Source: Eimeria praecox (taxonomy: Eukaryota). From it: a stretch of 64,000 bases of DNA. Of the stretch, positions 39,371 to 52,789 are shown piece by piece (positions within the stretch are counted from its first letter, which is position 1; the number at the start of each line of letters is the position of its first letter). Made by a program: the position numbers and the translations under genes. The stretch spans positions 4,650,001 through 4,714,000 of the forward strand of contig OY986950.1 in the NCBI GenBank assembly GCA_963920595.1, in the 5' to 3' direction. The notes below the pieces were generated by a model. It saw only the letters and a list, made by a program, of their open reading frames with translations, was not told the origin of the DNA and searched no databases.

Positions 39371-40820
39371 GCTCAGTGACCTCACCCCAGCCGCCCTCCA
39401 ACTTGCAAATGCCACTTATGCCCAACAACTCTTTCTTCGTCAAAGAAGGGCAGCCACAGAATGCTTTGAAGGCACTACGGACTACGGAGTCAGTCGACGG
39501 AACCCCACGCAACATGCAGTTAAGAGAACGGGCCGAAAAGAGCAAGCGCCGAACTGACCAATCCGTGTTTAATCAACCCAGTGTTTATTCGCGTTCCTGT
39601 TAGTGATCAGGGGTTGCTACCGCCACTTGATGCAGAATGCGAGGTCAATCTGATAGGTGAAGCTACGGCGACGAGGTGCAGCATACCAGTCGATTACTTG
39701 GCGCAGCCTGTGCGACTACGCTTCGCAGGTGGCAGACAGGACACGACAATTCCCAAAGCAATGGACGTACAATGCGACCTTCTGGAACGAATCATAAAAC
39801 CATGATGCGGGGGTATTATGCTGAATCATTCCACCAATACACACTCCTATGTGACATGGCTTGTGTGTGAAGTTGTTGCATGGGCTTGTACTTGCACACA
39901 GGCGGGATACTGGGGGCGATCCATGTGCTTATAAGCTGCTTATGGAGCTAATGCATGCACCAAGAGGAAACGTTGGTGTGAAAGCATGTGGGGCTGCTTT
40001 GCAGCAACGGGTACAGCAAGGAGTGCTGAAACTCATACAAGGCCGTCTCTATTCCACATGAGCCACAAGCGTTTGTGCACCACTGCCTGAGAGGCTCGGA
40101 CACTAGGAAGAAGTACACTCCTTTTTGGAATTTTTCTCTTGAGTATTGTAAGCCTACTTCAGCTGTCGACGATTGCGAGTATTGTAAGCCTACTTCAGCT
40201 GTCGACGATTGCTGCCAAGGCCGACGATTTGCTGCCATGTTCGAGTACTCTTGTTAGAAGTATGGCTTGGACCTTTAATTTGATAGCGCCTGCTCTTTTA
40301 AATTTAACAGCGCGTGAAAGGGAAGAGAAGCGCGGCTAGAAGGAACTCGTGAGCTCATAGCAGACGACGCCGCTGAGCTGCTTCGGCGGGTCTGATCCCA
40401 TCTTCAACAATCCTTACCGAAACATGGCATTGCCTGCCACAGTTTCTCTGCCCCGCCAGGAGCGTTCCGGTCGTAAAAGGGCGTGTAAAAGCCTAGCCCC
40501 AAGACTCTACGACTTGCTTGAATGTAAGTCGCCTGCCACTGACGCTATCTTCAGGCATGGTGATTAGTGAACGACAGGATGTCCTGATGCCTAGGGACTG
40601 TAAATTTTGCGAAGATCACAAGCGCATCTGGAGTAATTGGGAGCCCATTTTAGATGGCGAATTTGGGTTCAATATATCCACTTTTCTTGAGAGCCCTTGG
40701 GGTGATGCATGATGTTTTCCACCTTGTCTATTAGGTAGGGGCTCAACGCACTAAATGCGTGTCTAAAAGTGCGAAATTCTGTAGTTGAGCAGTGCTTGCA
40801 GGGCAAGAAGCATGCAACAA

Positions 40821-40892
40821 TGCGTCAGCCGGGAGTCGAACCCGGGTCTCCTGCTTGGAAGGCAGGTATCCTAACCGTTGGACTACTAACGC
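40821..40892 (-). tRNA. tRNA-Gly(UCC) copy 2 (variable-loop C>A variant)
   Basis: As copy 1 except T at + strand position 40849. Confidence 0.95.
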
Positions 40893-42306
40893 GCTCAGTG
40901 ACCTCACCCCAGCCGCCCTCCAACTTGGAAATGCCACTTATGCCCAACAACTCTTTCTTCGTCAAAGAAGGGCAGCCACAGAATGCTTTGAAGGCACTAC
41001 GGACTACGGAGTCAGTCGACGGAACCCCACGCAACATGCAGTTAAGAGAACGGGCCGAAAAGAGCAAGCGCCGAACTGACCGATCCGTGTTTAATCAACC
41101 CAGTGTTTATTCGCGTTCCTGTTAGTGATCAGGGGTTGCTACCGCCACTTGATGCAGAATGCGAGGTCAATCTGATAGGTGAAGCTATGGCGACGAGGTG
41201 CAGCATACCAGTCGATTACTTGGCGCAGCCTGTGCGACTACGCTTCGCAGGTGGCAGACAGGACACGACAATTCCCAAAGCAATGGACGTACAATGCGAC
41301 CTTCTGGAACGAATCATAAAACCATGATGCGGGGGTATTATGCTGAATCATTCCACCAATACACACTCCTATGTGACATGGCTTGTGTGTGAAGTTGTTG
41401 CATGGGCTTGTACTTGCACACAGGCGGGATACTGGGGGCGATCCATGTGCTTATAAGCTGCTTATGGAGCTAATGCATGCACCAAGAGGAAACGTTGGTG
41501 TGAAAGCATGTGGGGCTGCTTTGCAGCAACGGGTACAGCAAGGAGTGCTGAACTCATACAAGGCCGTCTCTATTCCACATGAGCCACAAGCGTTTGTGCA
41601 CCACTGCCTGAGAGGCTCGGACACTAGGAAGAAGTACACTCCTTTTTGGAATTTTTTCTCTTGAGTATTGTAAGCCTACTTCAGCTGTCGACGATTGCTG
41701 CCAAGGCCGACGATTTGCTGCCATGTTCGAGTACTCTTGTTAGAAGTATGGCTTGGACCTTTAATTTGATAGCGCCTGCTCTTTTAAATTTAACAGCGCG
41801 TGAAAGGGAAGAGAAGCGCGGCTAGAAGGAACTCGTGAGCTCATAGCAGACGACGCCGCTGAGCTGCTTCGGCGGGTCTGATCCCATCTTCAACAATCCT
41901 TACCGAAACATGGCATTGCCTGCCACAGTTTCTCTGCCCCGCCAGGAGCGTTCCGGTCGTAAAAGGGCGTGTAAAAGCCTAGCCCCAAGACTCTACGACT
42001 TGCTTGAATGTAAGTCGCCTGCCACTGACGCTATCTTCAGGCATGGTGATTAGTGAACGACAGGATGTCCTGATGCCTAGGGACTGTAAATTTTGCGAAG
42101 ATCACAAGCGCATCTGGAGTAATTGGGAGCCCATTTTAGATGGCGAATTTGGGTTCAATATATCCACTTTTCTTGAGAGCCCTTGGGGTGATGCATGATG
42201 TTTTCCACCTTGTCTATTAGGTAGGGGCTCAACGCACTAAATGCGTGTCTAAAAGTGCGAAATTCTGTAGTTGAGCAGTGCTTGCAGGGCAAGAAGCATG
42301 CAACCA

Positions 42307-42378
42307 TGCGTCAGCCGGGAGTCGAACCCGGGTCGCCTGCTTGGAAGGCAGGTATCCTAACCGTTGGACTACTAACGC
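42307..42378 (-). tRNA. tRNA-Gly(UCC) copy 3
   Basis: Identical to copy 1. Confidence 0.96.
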
Positions 42379-43793
42379 GCTCAGTGACCTCACCCCAGCC
42401 GCCCTCCAACTTGGAAATGCCACTTATGCCCAACAACTCTTTCTTCGTCAAAGAAGGGCAGCCACAGAATGCTTTGAAGGCACTACGGACTACGGAGTCA
42501 GTCGACGGAACCCCACGCAACATGCAGTTAAGAGAACGGGCCGAAAAGAGCAAGCGCCGAACTGACCGATCCGTGTTTAATCAACCCAGTGTTTATTCGC
42601 GTTCCTGTTAGTGATCAGGGGTTGCTAGCGCCACTTGATGCAGAATGCGAGGTCAATCTGATAGGTGAAGCTACGGCGACGAGGTGCAGCATACCAGTCG
42701 ATTACTTGGCGCAGCCTGTGCGACTACGCTTCGCAGGTGGCAGACAGGACACGACAATTCCCAAAGCAATGGACGTACAATGCGACCTTCTGGAACGAAT
42801 CATAAAACCATGATGCGGGGGTATTATGCTGAATCATTCCACCAATACACACTCCTATGTGACATGGCTTGTGTGTGAAGTTGTTGCATGGGCTTGTACT
42901 TGCACACAGGCGGGATACTGGGGGCGATCCATGTGCTTATAAGCTGCTTATGGAGCTAATGCATGCACCAAGAGGAAACGTTGGTGTGAAAGCATGTGGG
43001 GCTGCTTTGCAGCAACGGGTACAGCAAGGAGTGCTGAAACTCATACAAGGCCGTCTCTATTCCACATGAGCCACAAGCGTTTGTGCACCACTGCCTGAGA
43101 GGCTCGGACACTAGGAAGAAGTACACTCCTTTTTGGAATTTTTTCTCTTGAGTATTGTAAGCCTACTTCAGCTGTCGACGATTGCTGCCAAGGCCGACGA
43201 TTTGCTGCCATGTTCGAGTACTCTTGTTAGAAGTATGGCTTGGACCTTTAATTTGATAGCGCCTGCTCTTTTAAATTTAACAGCGCGTGAAAGGGAAGAG
43301 AAGCGCGGCTAGAAGGAACTCGTGAGCTCATAGCAGACGACGCCGCTGAGCTGCTTCGGCGGGTCTGATCCCATCTTCAACAATCCTTACCGAAACATGG
43401 CATTGCCTGCCACAGTTTCTCTGCCCCGCCAGGAGCGTTCCGGTCGTAAAAGGGCGTGTAAAAGCCTAGCCCCAAGACTCTACGACTTGCTTGAATGTAA
43501 GTCGCCTGCCACTGACGCTATCTTCAGGCATGGTGATTAGTGAACGACAGGATGTCCTGATGCCTAGGGACTGTAAATTTTGCGAAGATCACAAGCGCAT
43601 CTGGAGTAATTGGGAGCCCATTTTAGATGGCGAATTTGGGTTCAATATATCCACCTTTCTTGAGAGCCCTTGGGGTGATGCATGATGTTTTCCACCTTGT
43701 CTATTAGGTAGGGGCTCAACGCACTAAATGCGTGTCTAAAAGTGCGAAATTCTGTAGTTGAGCAGTGCTTGCAGGGCAAGAAGCATGCAACCA

Positions 43794-43865
43794 TGCGTCA
43801 GCCGGGAGTCGAACCCGGGTCGCCTGCTTGGAAGGCAGGTATCCTAACCGTTGGACTACTAACGC
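43794..43865 (-). tRNA. tRNA-Gly(UCC) copy 4
   Basis: Identical to copy 1. Confidence 0.96.
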
Positions 43866-45279
43866 GCTCAGTGACCTCACCCCAGCCGCCCTCCAACTTG
43901 GAAATGCCACTTATGCCCAACAACTCTTTCTTCGTCAAAGAAGGGCAGCCACAGAATGCTTTGAAGGCACTACGGACTACGGAGTCAGTCGACGGAACCC
44001 CACGCAACATGCAGTTAAGAGAACGGGCCGAAAAGAGCAAGCGCCGAACTGACCGATCCGTGTTTAATCAACCCAGTGTTTATTCGCGTTCCTGTTAGTG
44101 ATCAGGGGTTGCTACCGCCACTTGATGCAGAATGCGAGGTCAATCTGATAGGTGAAGCTACGGCGACGAGGTGCAGCATACCAGTCGATTACTTGGCGCA
44201 GCCTGTGCGACTACGCTTCGCAGGTGGCAGACAGGACACGACAATTCCCAAAGCAATGGACGTACAATGCGACCTTCTGGAACGAATCATAAAACCATGA
44301 TGCGGGGGTATTATGCTGAATCATTCCACCAATACACACTCCTATGTGACATGGCTTGTGTGTGAAGTTGTTGCATGGGCTTGTACTTGCACACAGGCGG
44401 GATACTGGGGGCGATCCATGTGCTTATAAGCTGCTTATGGAGCTAATGCATGCACCAAGAGGAAACGTTGGTGTGAAAGCATGTGGGGCTGCTTTGCAGC
44501 AACGGGTACAGCAAGGAGTGCTGAACTCATACAAGGCCGTCTCTATTCCACATGAGCCACAAGCGTTTGTGCACCACTGCCTGAGAGGCTCGGACACTAG
44601 GAAGAAGTACACTCCTTTTTGGAATTTTTTCTCTTGAGTATTGTAAGCCTACTTCAGCTGTCGACGATTGCTGCCAAGGCCGACGATTTGCTGCCATGTT
44701 CGAGTACTCTTGTTAGAAGTATGGCTTGGACCTTTAATTTGATAGCGCCTGCTCTTTTAAATTTAACAGCGCGTGAAAGGGAAGAGAAGCGCGGCTAGAA
44801 GGAACTCGTGAGCTCATAGCAGACGACGCCGCTGAGCTGCTTCGGCGGGTCTGATCCCATCTTCAACAATCCTTACCGAAACATGGCATTGCCTGCCACA
44901 GTTTCTCTGCCCCGCCAGGAGCGTTCCGGTCGTAAAAGGGCGTGTAAAAGCCTAGCCCCAAGACTCTACGACTTGCTTGAATGTAAGTCGCCTGCCACTG
45001 ACGCTATCTTCAGGCATGGTGATTAGTGAACGACAGGATGTCCTGATGCCTAGGGACTGTAAATTTTGCGAGGATCACAAGCGCATCTGGAGTAATTGGG
45101 AGCCCATTTTAGATGGCGAATTTGGGTTCAATATATCCACTTTTCTTGAGAGCCCTTGGGGTGATGCATGATGTTTTCCACCTTGTCTATTAGGTAGGGG
45201 CTCAACGCACTAAATGCGTGTCTAAAAGTGCGAAATTCTGTAGTTGAGCAGTACTTGCAGGGCAAGAAGCATGCAACAA

Positions 45280-45351
45280 TGCGTCAGCCGGGAGTCGAAC
45301 CCGGGTCGCCTGCTTGGAAGGCAGGTATCCTAACCGTTGGACTACTAACGC
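45280..45351 (-). tRNA. tRNA-Gly(UCC) copy 5
   Basis: Identical to copy 1. Confidence 0.96.
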
Positions 45352-46767
45352 GCTCAGTGACCTCACCCCAGCCGCCCTCCAACTTGGAAATGCCACTTAT
45401 GCCCAACAACTCTTTCTTCGTCAAAGAAGGGCAGCCACAGAATGCTTTGAAGGCACTACGGACTACGGAGTCAGTCGACGGAACCCCACGCAACATGCAG
45501 TTAAGAGAACGGGCCGAAAAGAGCAAGCGCCGAACTGACCGATCCGTGTTTAATCAACCCAGTGTTTATTCGCGTTCCTGTTAGTGATCAGGGGTTGCTA
45601 CCGCCACTTGATGCAGAATGCGAGGTCAATCTGATAGGTGAAGCTACGGCGACGAGGTGCAGCATACCAGTCGATTACTTGGCGCAGCCTGTGCGACTAC
45701 GCTTCGCAGGTGGCAGACAGGACACGACAATTCCCAAAGCAATGGACGTACAATGCGACCTTCTGGAACGAATCATAAAACCATGATGCGGGGGTATTGT
45801 GCTGGATCATTCCACCAATACACACTCCTATGTGACATGGCTTGTGTGTGAAGTTGTTGCATGGGCTTGTACTTGCACACAGGCGGGATACTGGGGGCGA
45901 TCCATGTGCTTATAAGCTGCTTATGGAGCTAATGCATGCACCAAGAGGAAACGTTGGCGTGAAAGCATGTGGGGCTGCTTTGCAGCAACGGGCACAGCAA
46001 GGAGTGCTGAAACTCATACAAGGCCGTCTCTATTCCACATGAGCCACAAGCGTTTGTGCACCACTGCCTGAGAGGCTCGGACACTAGGAAGAAGTACACT
46101 CCTTTTTGGAATTTTTTCTCTTGAGTATTGTAAGCCTACTTCAGCTGTCGACGATTGCTGCCAAGGCCGACGATTTGCTGCCATGTTCGAGTACTCTTGT
46201 TAGAAGTATGGCTTGGACCTTTAATTTGATAGCGCCTGCTCTTTCAAAATTTAACAGCGCGTGAAAGGGAAGAGAAGCGCGGCTAGAAGGAACTCGTGAG
46301 CTCATAGCAGACGACGCCGCTGAGCTGCTTCGGCGGGTCTGATCCCATCTTCAACAATCCTTACCGAAACATGGCATTGCCTGCCACAGTTTCTCTGCCC
46401 CGCCAGGAGCGTTCCGGTCGTAAAAGGGCGTGTAAAAGCCTAGCCCCAAGACTCTACGACTTGCTTGAATGTAAGTCGCCTGCCACTGACACTATCTTCA
46501 GGCATGGCGATTCGTGAACGACAGGATGTCCTGATGCCTAGGGACTGTAAATTTTGCGAAGATCACAAGCGCATCTGGAGTAATTGGGAGCCCACTTTAG
46601 ATGGCGAATTTGGGTTCAATATATCCACTTTTCTTGAGAGCCCTTGGGGTGATGCATGATGTTTTCCACCTTGTCTATTAGGTAGGGGCTCAACGCACTA
46701 AATGCGTGTCTAAAAGTGCGAAATTCTGTAGTTGAGCAGTACTTGCAGGGCAAGAAGCATGCAACCA

Positions 46768-46839
46768 TGCGTCAGCCGGGAGTCGAACCCGGGTCGCCTG
46801 CTTGGAAGGCAGGTATCCTAACCGTTGGACTACTAACGC
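46768..46839 (-). tRNA. tRNA-Gly(UCC) copy 6
   Basis: Identical to copy 1. Confidence 0.96.
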
Positions 46840-48255
46840 GCTCAGTGACCTCACCCCAGCCGCCCTCCAACTTGGAAATGCCACTTATGCCCAACAACTC
46901 TTTCTTCGTCAAAGAAGGGCAGCCACAGAATGCTTTGAAGGCACTACGGACTACGGAGTCAGTCGACGGAACCCCACGCAACATGCAGTTAAGAGAACGG
47001 GCCGAAAAGAGCAAGCGCCGAACTGACCGATCCGTGTTTAATCAACCCAGTGTTTATTCGCGTTCCTGTTAGTGATCAGGGGTTGCTACCGCCACTTGAT
47101 GCAGAATGCGAGGTCAATCTGATAGGTGAAGCTACGGCGACGAGGTGCAGCATACCAGTCGATTACTTGGCGCAGCCTGCGCGACTACGCTTCGCAGGTG
47201 GCAGACAGGACACGACAATTCCCAAAGCAATGGACGTACAATGCGACCTTCTGGAACGAATCATAAAACCATGATGCGGGGGTATTGTGCTGGATCATTC
47301 CACCAATACACACTCCTATGTGACATGGCTTGCGTGTGAAGTTGTTGCATGCGCTTGTACTTGCGCACAGGCGGGATACTGGGGGCGATCCATGTGCTTA
47401 TAAGCTGCTTATGGAGCTAATGCATGCACCAAGAGGAAACGTTGGCGTGAAAGCATGTGGGGCTGCTTTGCAGCAACGGGTACAGCAAGGAGTGCTGAAA
47501 CTCATACAAGGCCGTCTCTATTCCACATGAGCCACAAGCGTTTGTGCACCACTGCCTGAGAGGCTCGGACACTAGGAAGAAGTACACTCCTTTTTGGAAT
47601 TTTTTCTCTTGAGTATTGTAAGCCTACTTCAGCTGTCGACGATTGCTGCCAAGGCCGACGATTTGCTGCCATGTTCGAGTACTCTTGTTAGAAGTATGGC
47701 TTGGACCTTTAATTTGATAGCGCCTGCTCTTTCAAAATTTAACAGCGCGTGAAAGGGAAGAGAAGCGCGGCTAGAAGGAACTCGTGAGCTCATAGCAGAC
47801 GACGCCGCTGAGCTGCTTCGGCGGGTCTGATCCCATCTTCAACAATCCTTACCGAAACATGGCATTGCCTGCCACAGTTTCTCTGCCCCGCCAGGAGCGT
47901 TCCGGTCGTAAAAGGGCGTGTAAAAGCCTAGCCCCAAGACTCTACGACTTGCTTGAATGTAAGTCGCCTGCCACTGACGCTATCTTCAGGCATGGTGATT
48001 CGTGAACGACAGGATGTCCTGATGCCTAGGGACTGTAAATTTTGCGAAGATCACAAGCGCATCTGGAGTAATTGGGAGCCCATTTTAGATGGCGAATTTG
48101 GGTTCAATATATCCACTTTTCTTGAGAGCCCTTGGGGTGATGCATGATGTTTTCCACCTTGTCTATTAGGTAGGGGCTCAACGCACTAAATGCGTGTCTA
48201 AAAGTGCGAAATTCTGTAGTTGAGCAGTACTTGCAGGGCAAGAAGCATGCAACAA

Positions 48256-48327
48256 TGCGTCAGCCGGGAGTCGAACCCGGGTCGCCTGCTTGGAAGGCAG
48301 GTATCCTAACCGTTGGACTACTAACGC
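48256..48327 (-). tRNA. tRNA-Gly(UCC) copy 7
   Basis: Identical to copy 1. Confidence 0.96.
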
Positions 48328-49743
48328 GCTCAGTGACCTCACCCCAGCCGCCCTCCAACTTGGAAATGCCACTTATGCCCAACAACTCTTTCTTCGTCAA
48401 AGAAGGGCAGCCACAGAATGCTTTGAAGGCACTACGGACTACGGAGTCAGTCGACGGAACCCCACGCAACATGCAGTTAAGAGAACGGGCCGAAAAGAGC
48501 AAGCGCCGAACTGACCGATCCGTGTTTAATCAACCCAGTGTTTATTCGCGTTCCTGTTAGTGATCAGGGGTTGCTACCGCCACTTGATGCAGAATGCGAG
48601 GTCAATCTGATAGGTGAAGCTACGGCGACGAGGTGCAGCATACCAGTCGATTACTTGGCGCAGCCTGCGCGACTACGCTTCGCAGGTGGCAGACAGGAGA
48701 CGACAATTCCCAAAGCAATGGACGTACAATGCGACCTTCTGGAACGAATCATAAAACCATGATGCGGGGGTATTGTGCTGGATCATTCCACCAATACACA
48801 CTCCTATGTGACATGGCTTGCGTGTGAAGTTGTTGCATGCGCTTGTACTTGCGCACAGGCGGGATACTGGGGGCGATCCATGTGCTTATAAGCTGCTTAT
48901 GGAGCTAATGCATGCACCAAGAGGAAACGTTGGCGTGAAAGCATGTGGGGCTGCTTTGCAGCAACGGGTACAGCAAGGAGTGCTGAAACTCATACAAGGC
49001 CGTCTCTATTCCACATGAGCCACAAGCGTTTGTGCACCACTGCCTGAGAGGCTCGGACACTAGGAAGAAGTACACTCCTTTTTGGAATTTTTTCTCTTGA
49101 GTATTGTAAGCCTACTTCAGCTGTCGACGATTGCTGCCAAGGCCGACGATTTGCTGCCATGTTCGAGTACTCTTGTTAGAAGTATGGCTTGGGCCTTTAA
49201 TTTGATAGCGCCTGCTCTTTCAAAATTTAACAGCGCGTGAAAGGGAAGAGAAGCGCGGCTAGAAGGAACTCGTGAGCTCATAGCAGACGACGCCGCTGAG
49301 CTGCTTCGGCGGGTCTGATCCCATCTTCAACAATCCTTACCGAAACATGGCATTGCCTGCCACAGTTTCTCTGCCCCGCCAGGAGCGTTCCGGTCGTAAA
49401 AGGGCGTGTAAAAGCCTAGCCCCAAGACTCTACGACTTGCTTGAATGTAAGTCGCCTGCCACTGACACTATCTTCAGGCATGGTGATTCGTGAACGACAG
49501 GATGTCCTGATGCCTAGGGACTGTAAATTTTGCGAAGATCACAAGCGCATCTGGAGTAATTGGGAGCCCATTTTAGATGGCGAATTTGGGTTCAATATAT
49601 CCACTTTTCTTGAGAGCCCTTGGGGTGATGCATGATGTTTTCCACCTTGTCTATTAGGTAGGGGCTCAACGCACTAAATGCGTGTCTAAAAGTGCGAAAT
49701 TCTGTAGTTGAGCAGTACTTGCAGGGCAAGAAGCATGCAACAA

Positions 49744-49815
49744 TGCGTCAGCCGGGAGTCGAACCCGGGTCGCCTGCTTGGAAGGCAGGTATCCTAACCG
49801 TTGGACTACTAACGC
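49744..49815 (-). tRNA. tRNA-Gly(UCC) copy 8
   Basis: Identical to copy 1. Confidence 0.96.
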
Positions 49816-51231
49816 GCTCAGTGACCTCACCCCAGCCGCCCTCCAACTTGGAAATGCCACTTATGCCCAACAACTCTTTCTTCGTCAAAGAAGGGCAGCC
49901 ACAGAATGCTTTGAAGGCACTACGGACTACGGAGTCAGTCGACGGAACCCCACGCAACATGCAGTTAAGAGAACGGGCCGAAAAGAGCAAGCGCCGAACT
50001 GACCGATCCGTGTTTAATCAACCCAGTGTTTATTCGCGTTCCTGTTAGTGATCAGGGGTTGCTACCGCCACTTGATGCAGAATGCGAGGTCAATCTGATA
50101 GGTGAAGCTACGGCGACGAGGTGCAGCATACCAGTCGATTACTTGGCGCAGCCTGCGCGACTACGCTTCGCAGGTGGCAGACAGGACACGACAATTCCCA
50201 AAGCAATGGACGTACAATGCGACCTTCTGGAACGAATCATAAAACCATGATGCGGGGGTATTGTGCTGGATCATTCCACCAATACACACTCCTATGTGAC
50301 ATGGCTTGCGTGTGAAGTTGTTGCATGCGCTTGTACTTGCGCACAGGCGGGATACTGGGGGCGATCCATGTGCTTATAAGCTGCTTATGGAGCTAATGCA
50401 TGCACCAAGAGGAAACGTTGGCGTGAAAGCATGTGGGGCTGCTTTGCAGCAACGGGTACAGCAAGGAGTGCTGAAACTCATACAAGGCCGTCTCTATTCC
50501 ACATGAGCCACAAGCGTTTGTGCACCACTGCCTGAGAGGCTCGGACACTAGGAAGAAGTACACTCCTTTTTGGAATTTTTTCTCTTGAGTATTGTAAGCC
50601 TACTTCAGCTGTCGACGATTGCTGCCAAGGCCGACGATTTGCTGCCATGTTCGAGTACTCTTGTTAGAAGTATGGCTTGGGCCTTTAATTTGATAGCGCC
50701 TGCTCTTTCAAAATTTAACAGCGCGTGAAAGGGAAGAGAAGCGCGGCTAGAAGGAACTCGTGAGCTCATAGCAGACGACGCCGCTGAGCTGCTTCGGCGG
50801 GTCTGATCCCATCTTCAACAATCCTTACCGAAACATGGCATTGCCTGCCACAGTTTCTCTGCCCCGCCAGGAGCGTTCCGGTCGTAAAAGGGCGTGTAAA
50901 AGCCTAGCCCCAAGACTCTACGACTTGCTTGAATGTAAGTCGCCTGCCACTGACGCTATCTTCAGGCATGGTGATTCGTGAACGACAGGATGTCCTGATG
51001 CCTAGGGACTGTAAATTTTGCGAAGATCACAAGCGCATCTGGAGTAATTGGGAGCCCATTTTAGATGGCGAATTTGGGTTCAATATATCCACTTTTCTTG
51101 AGAGCCCTTGGGGTGATGCATGATGTTTTCCACCTTGTCTATTAGGTAGGGGCTCAACGCACTAAATGCGTGTCTAAAAGTGCGAAATTCTGTAGTTGAG
51201 CAGTACTTGCAGGGCAAGAAGCATGCAACAA

Positions 51232-51303
51232 TGCGTCAGCCGGGAGTCGAACCCGGGTCGCCTGCTTGGAAGGCAGGTATCCTAACCGTTGGACTACTAA
51301 CGC
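51232..51303 (-). tRNA. tRNA-Gly(UCC) copy 9
   Basis: Identical to copy 1. Confidence 0.96.
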
Positions 51304-52717
51304 GCTCAGTGACCTCACCCCAGCCGCCCTCCAACTTGGAAATGCCACTTATGCCCAACAACTCTTTCTTCGTCAAAGAAGGGCAGCCACAGAATGCTTT
51401 GAAGGCACTACGGACTACGGAGTCAGTCGACGGAACCCCACGCAACATGCAGTTAAGAGAACGGGCCGAAAAGAGCAAGCGCCGAACTGACCGATCCGTG
51501 TTTAATCAACCCAGTGTTTATTCGCGTTCCTGTTAGTGATCAGGGGTTGCTACCGCCACTTGATGCAGAATGCGAGGTCAATCTGATAGGTGAAGCTACG
51601 GCGACGAGGTGCAGCATACCAGTCGATTACTTGGCGCAGCCTGCGCGACTACGCTTCGCAGGTGGCAGACAGGACACGACAATTCCCAAAGCAATGGACG
51701 TACAATGCGACCTTCTGGAACGAATCATAAAACCATGATGCGGGGGTATTGTGCTGGATCATTCCACCAATACACACTCCTATGTGACATGGCTTGCGTG
51801 TGAAGTTGTTGCATGCGCTTGTACTTGCGCACAGGCGGGATACTGGGGGCGATCCATGTGCTTATAAGCTGCTTATGGAGCTAATGCATGCACCAAGAGG
51901 AAACGTTGGTGTGAAAGCATGTGGGGCTGCTTTGCAGCAACGGGTACAGCAAGGAGTGCTGAACTCATACAAGGCCGTCTCTATTCCACATGAGCCACAA
52001 GCGTTTGTGCACCACTGCCTGAGAGGCTCGGACACTAGGAAGAAGTACACTCCTTTTTGGAATTTTTTCTCTTGAGTATTGTAAGCCTACTTCAGCTGTC
52101 GACGATTGCTGCCAAGGCCGACGATTTGCTGCCATGTTCGAGTACTCTTGTTAGAAGTATGGCTTGGACCTTTAATTTGATAGCGCCTGCTCTTTTAAAT
52201 TTAACAGCGCGTGAAAGGGAAGAGAAGCGCGGCTAGAAGGAACTCGTGAGCTCATAGCAGACGACGCCGCTGAGCTGCTTCGGCGGGTCTGATCCCATCT
52301 TCAACAATCCTTACCGAAACATGGCATTGCCTGCCACAGTTTCTCTGCCCCGCCAGGAGCGTTCCGGTCGTAAAAGGGCGTGTAAAAGCCTAGCCCCAAG
52401 ACTCTACGACTTGCTTGAATGTAAGTCGCCTGCCACTGACGCTATCTTCAGGCATGGTGATTAGTGAACGACAGGATGTCCTGATGCCTAGGGACTGTAA
52501 ATTTTGCGAGGATCACAAGCGCATCTGGAGTAATTGGGAGCCCATTTTAGATGGCGAATTTGGGTTCAATATATCCACTTTTCTTGAGAGCCCTTGGGGT
52601 GATGCATGATGTTTTCCACCTTGTCTATTAGGTAGGGGCTCAACGCACTAAATGCGTGTCTAAAAGTGCGAAATTCTGTAGTTGAGCAGTACTTGCAGGG
52701 CAAGAAGCATGCAACCA

Positions 52718-52789
52718 TGCGTCAGCCGGGAGTCGAACCCGGGTCGCCTGCTTGGAAGGCAGGTATCCTAACCGTTGGACTACTAACGC
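52718..52789 (-). tRNA. tRNA-Gly(UCC) copy 10
   Basis: Identical to copy 1. Confidence 0.96.
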
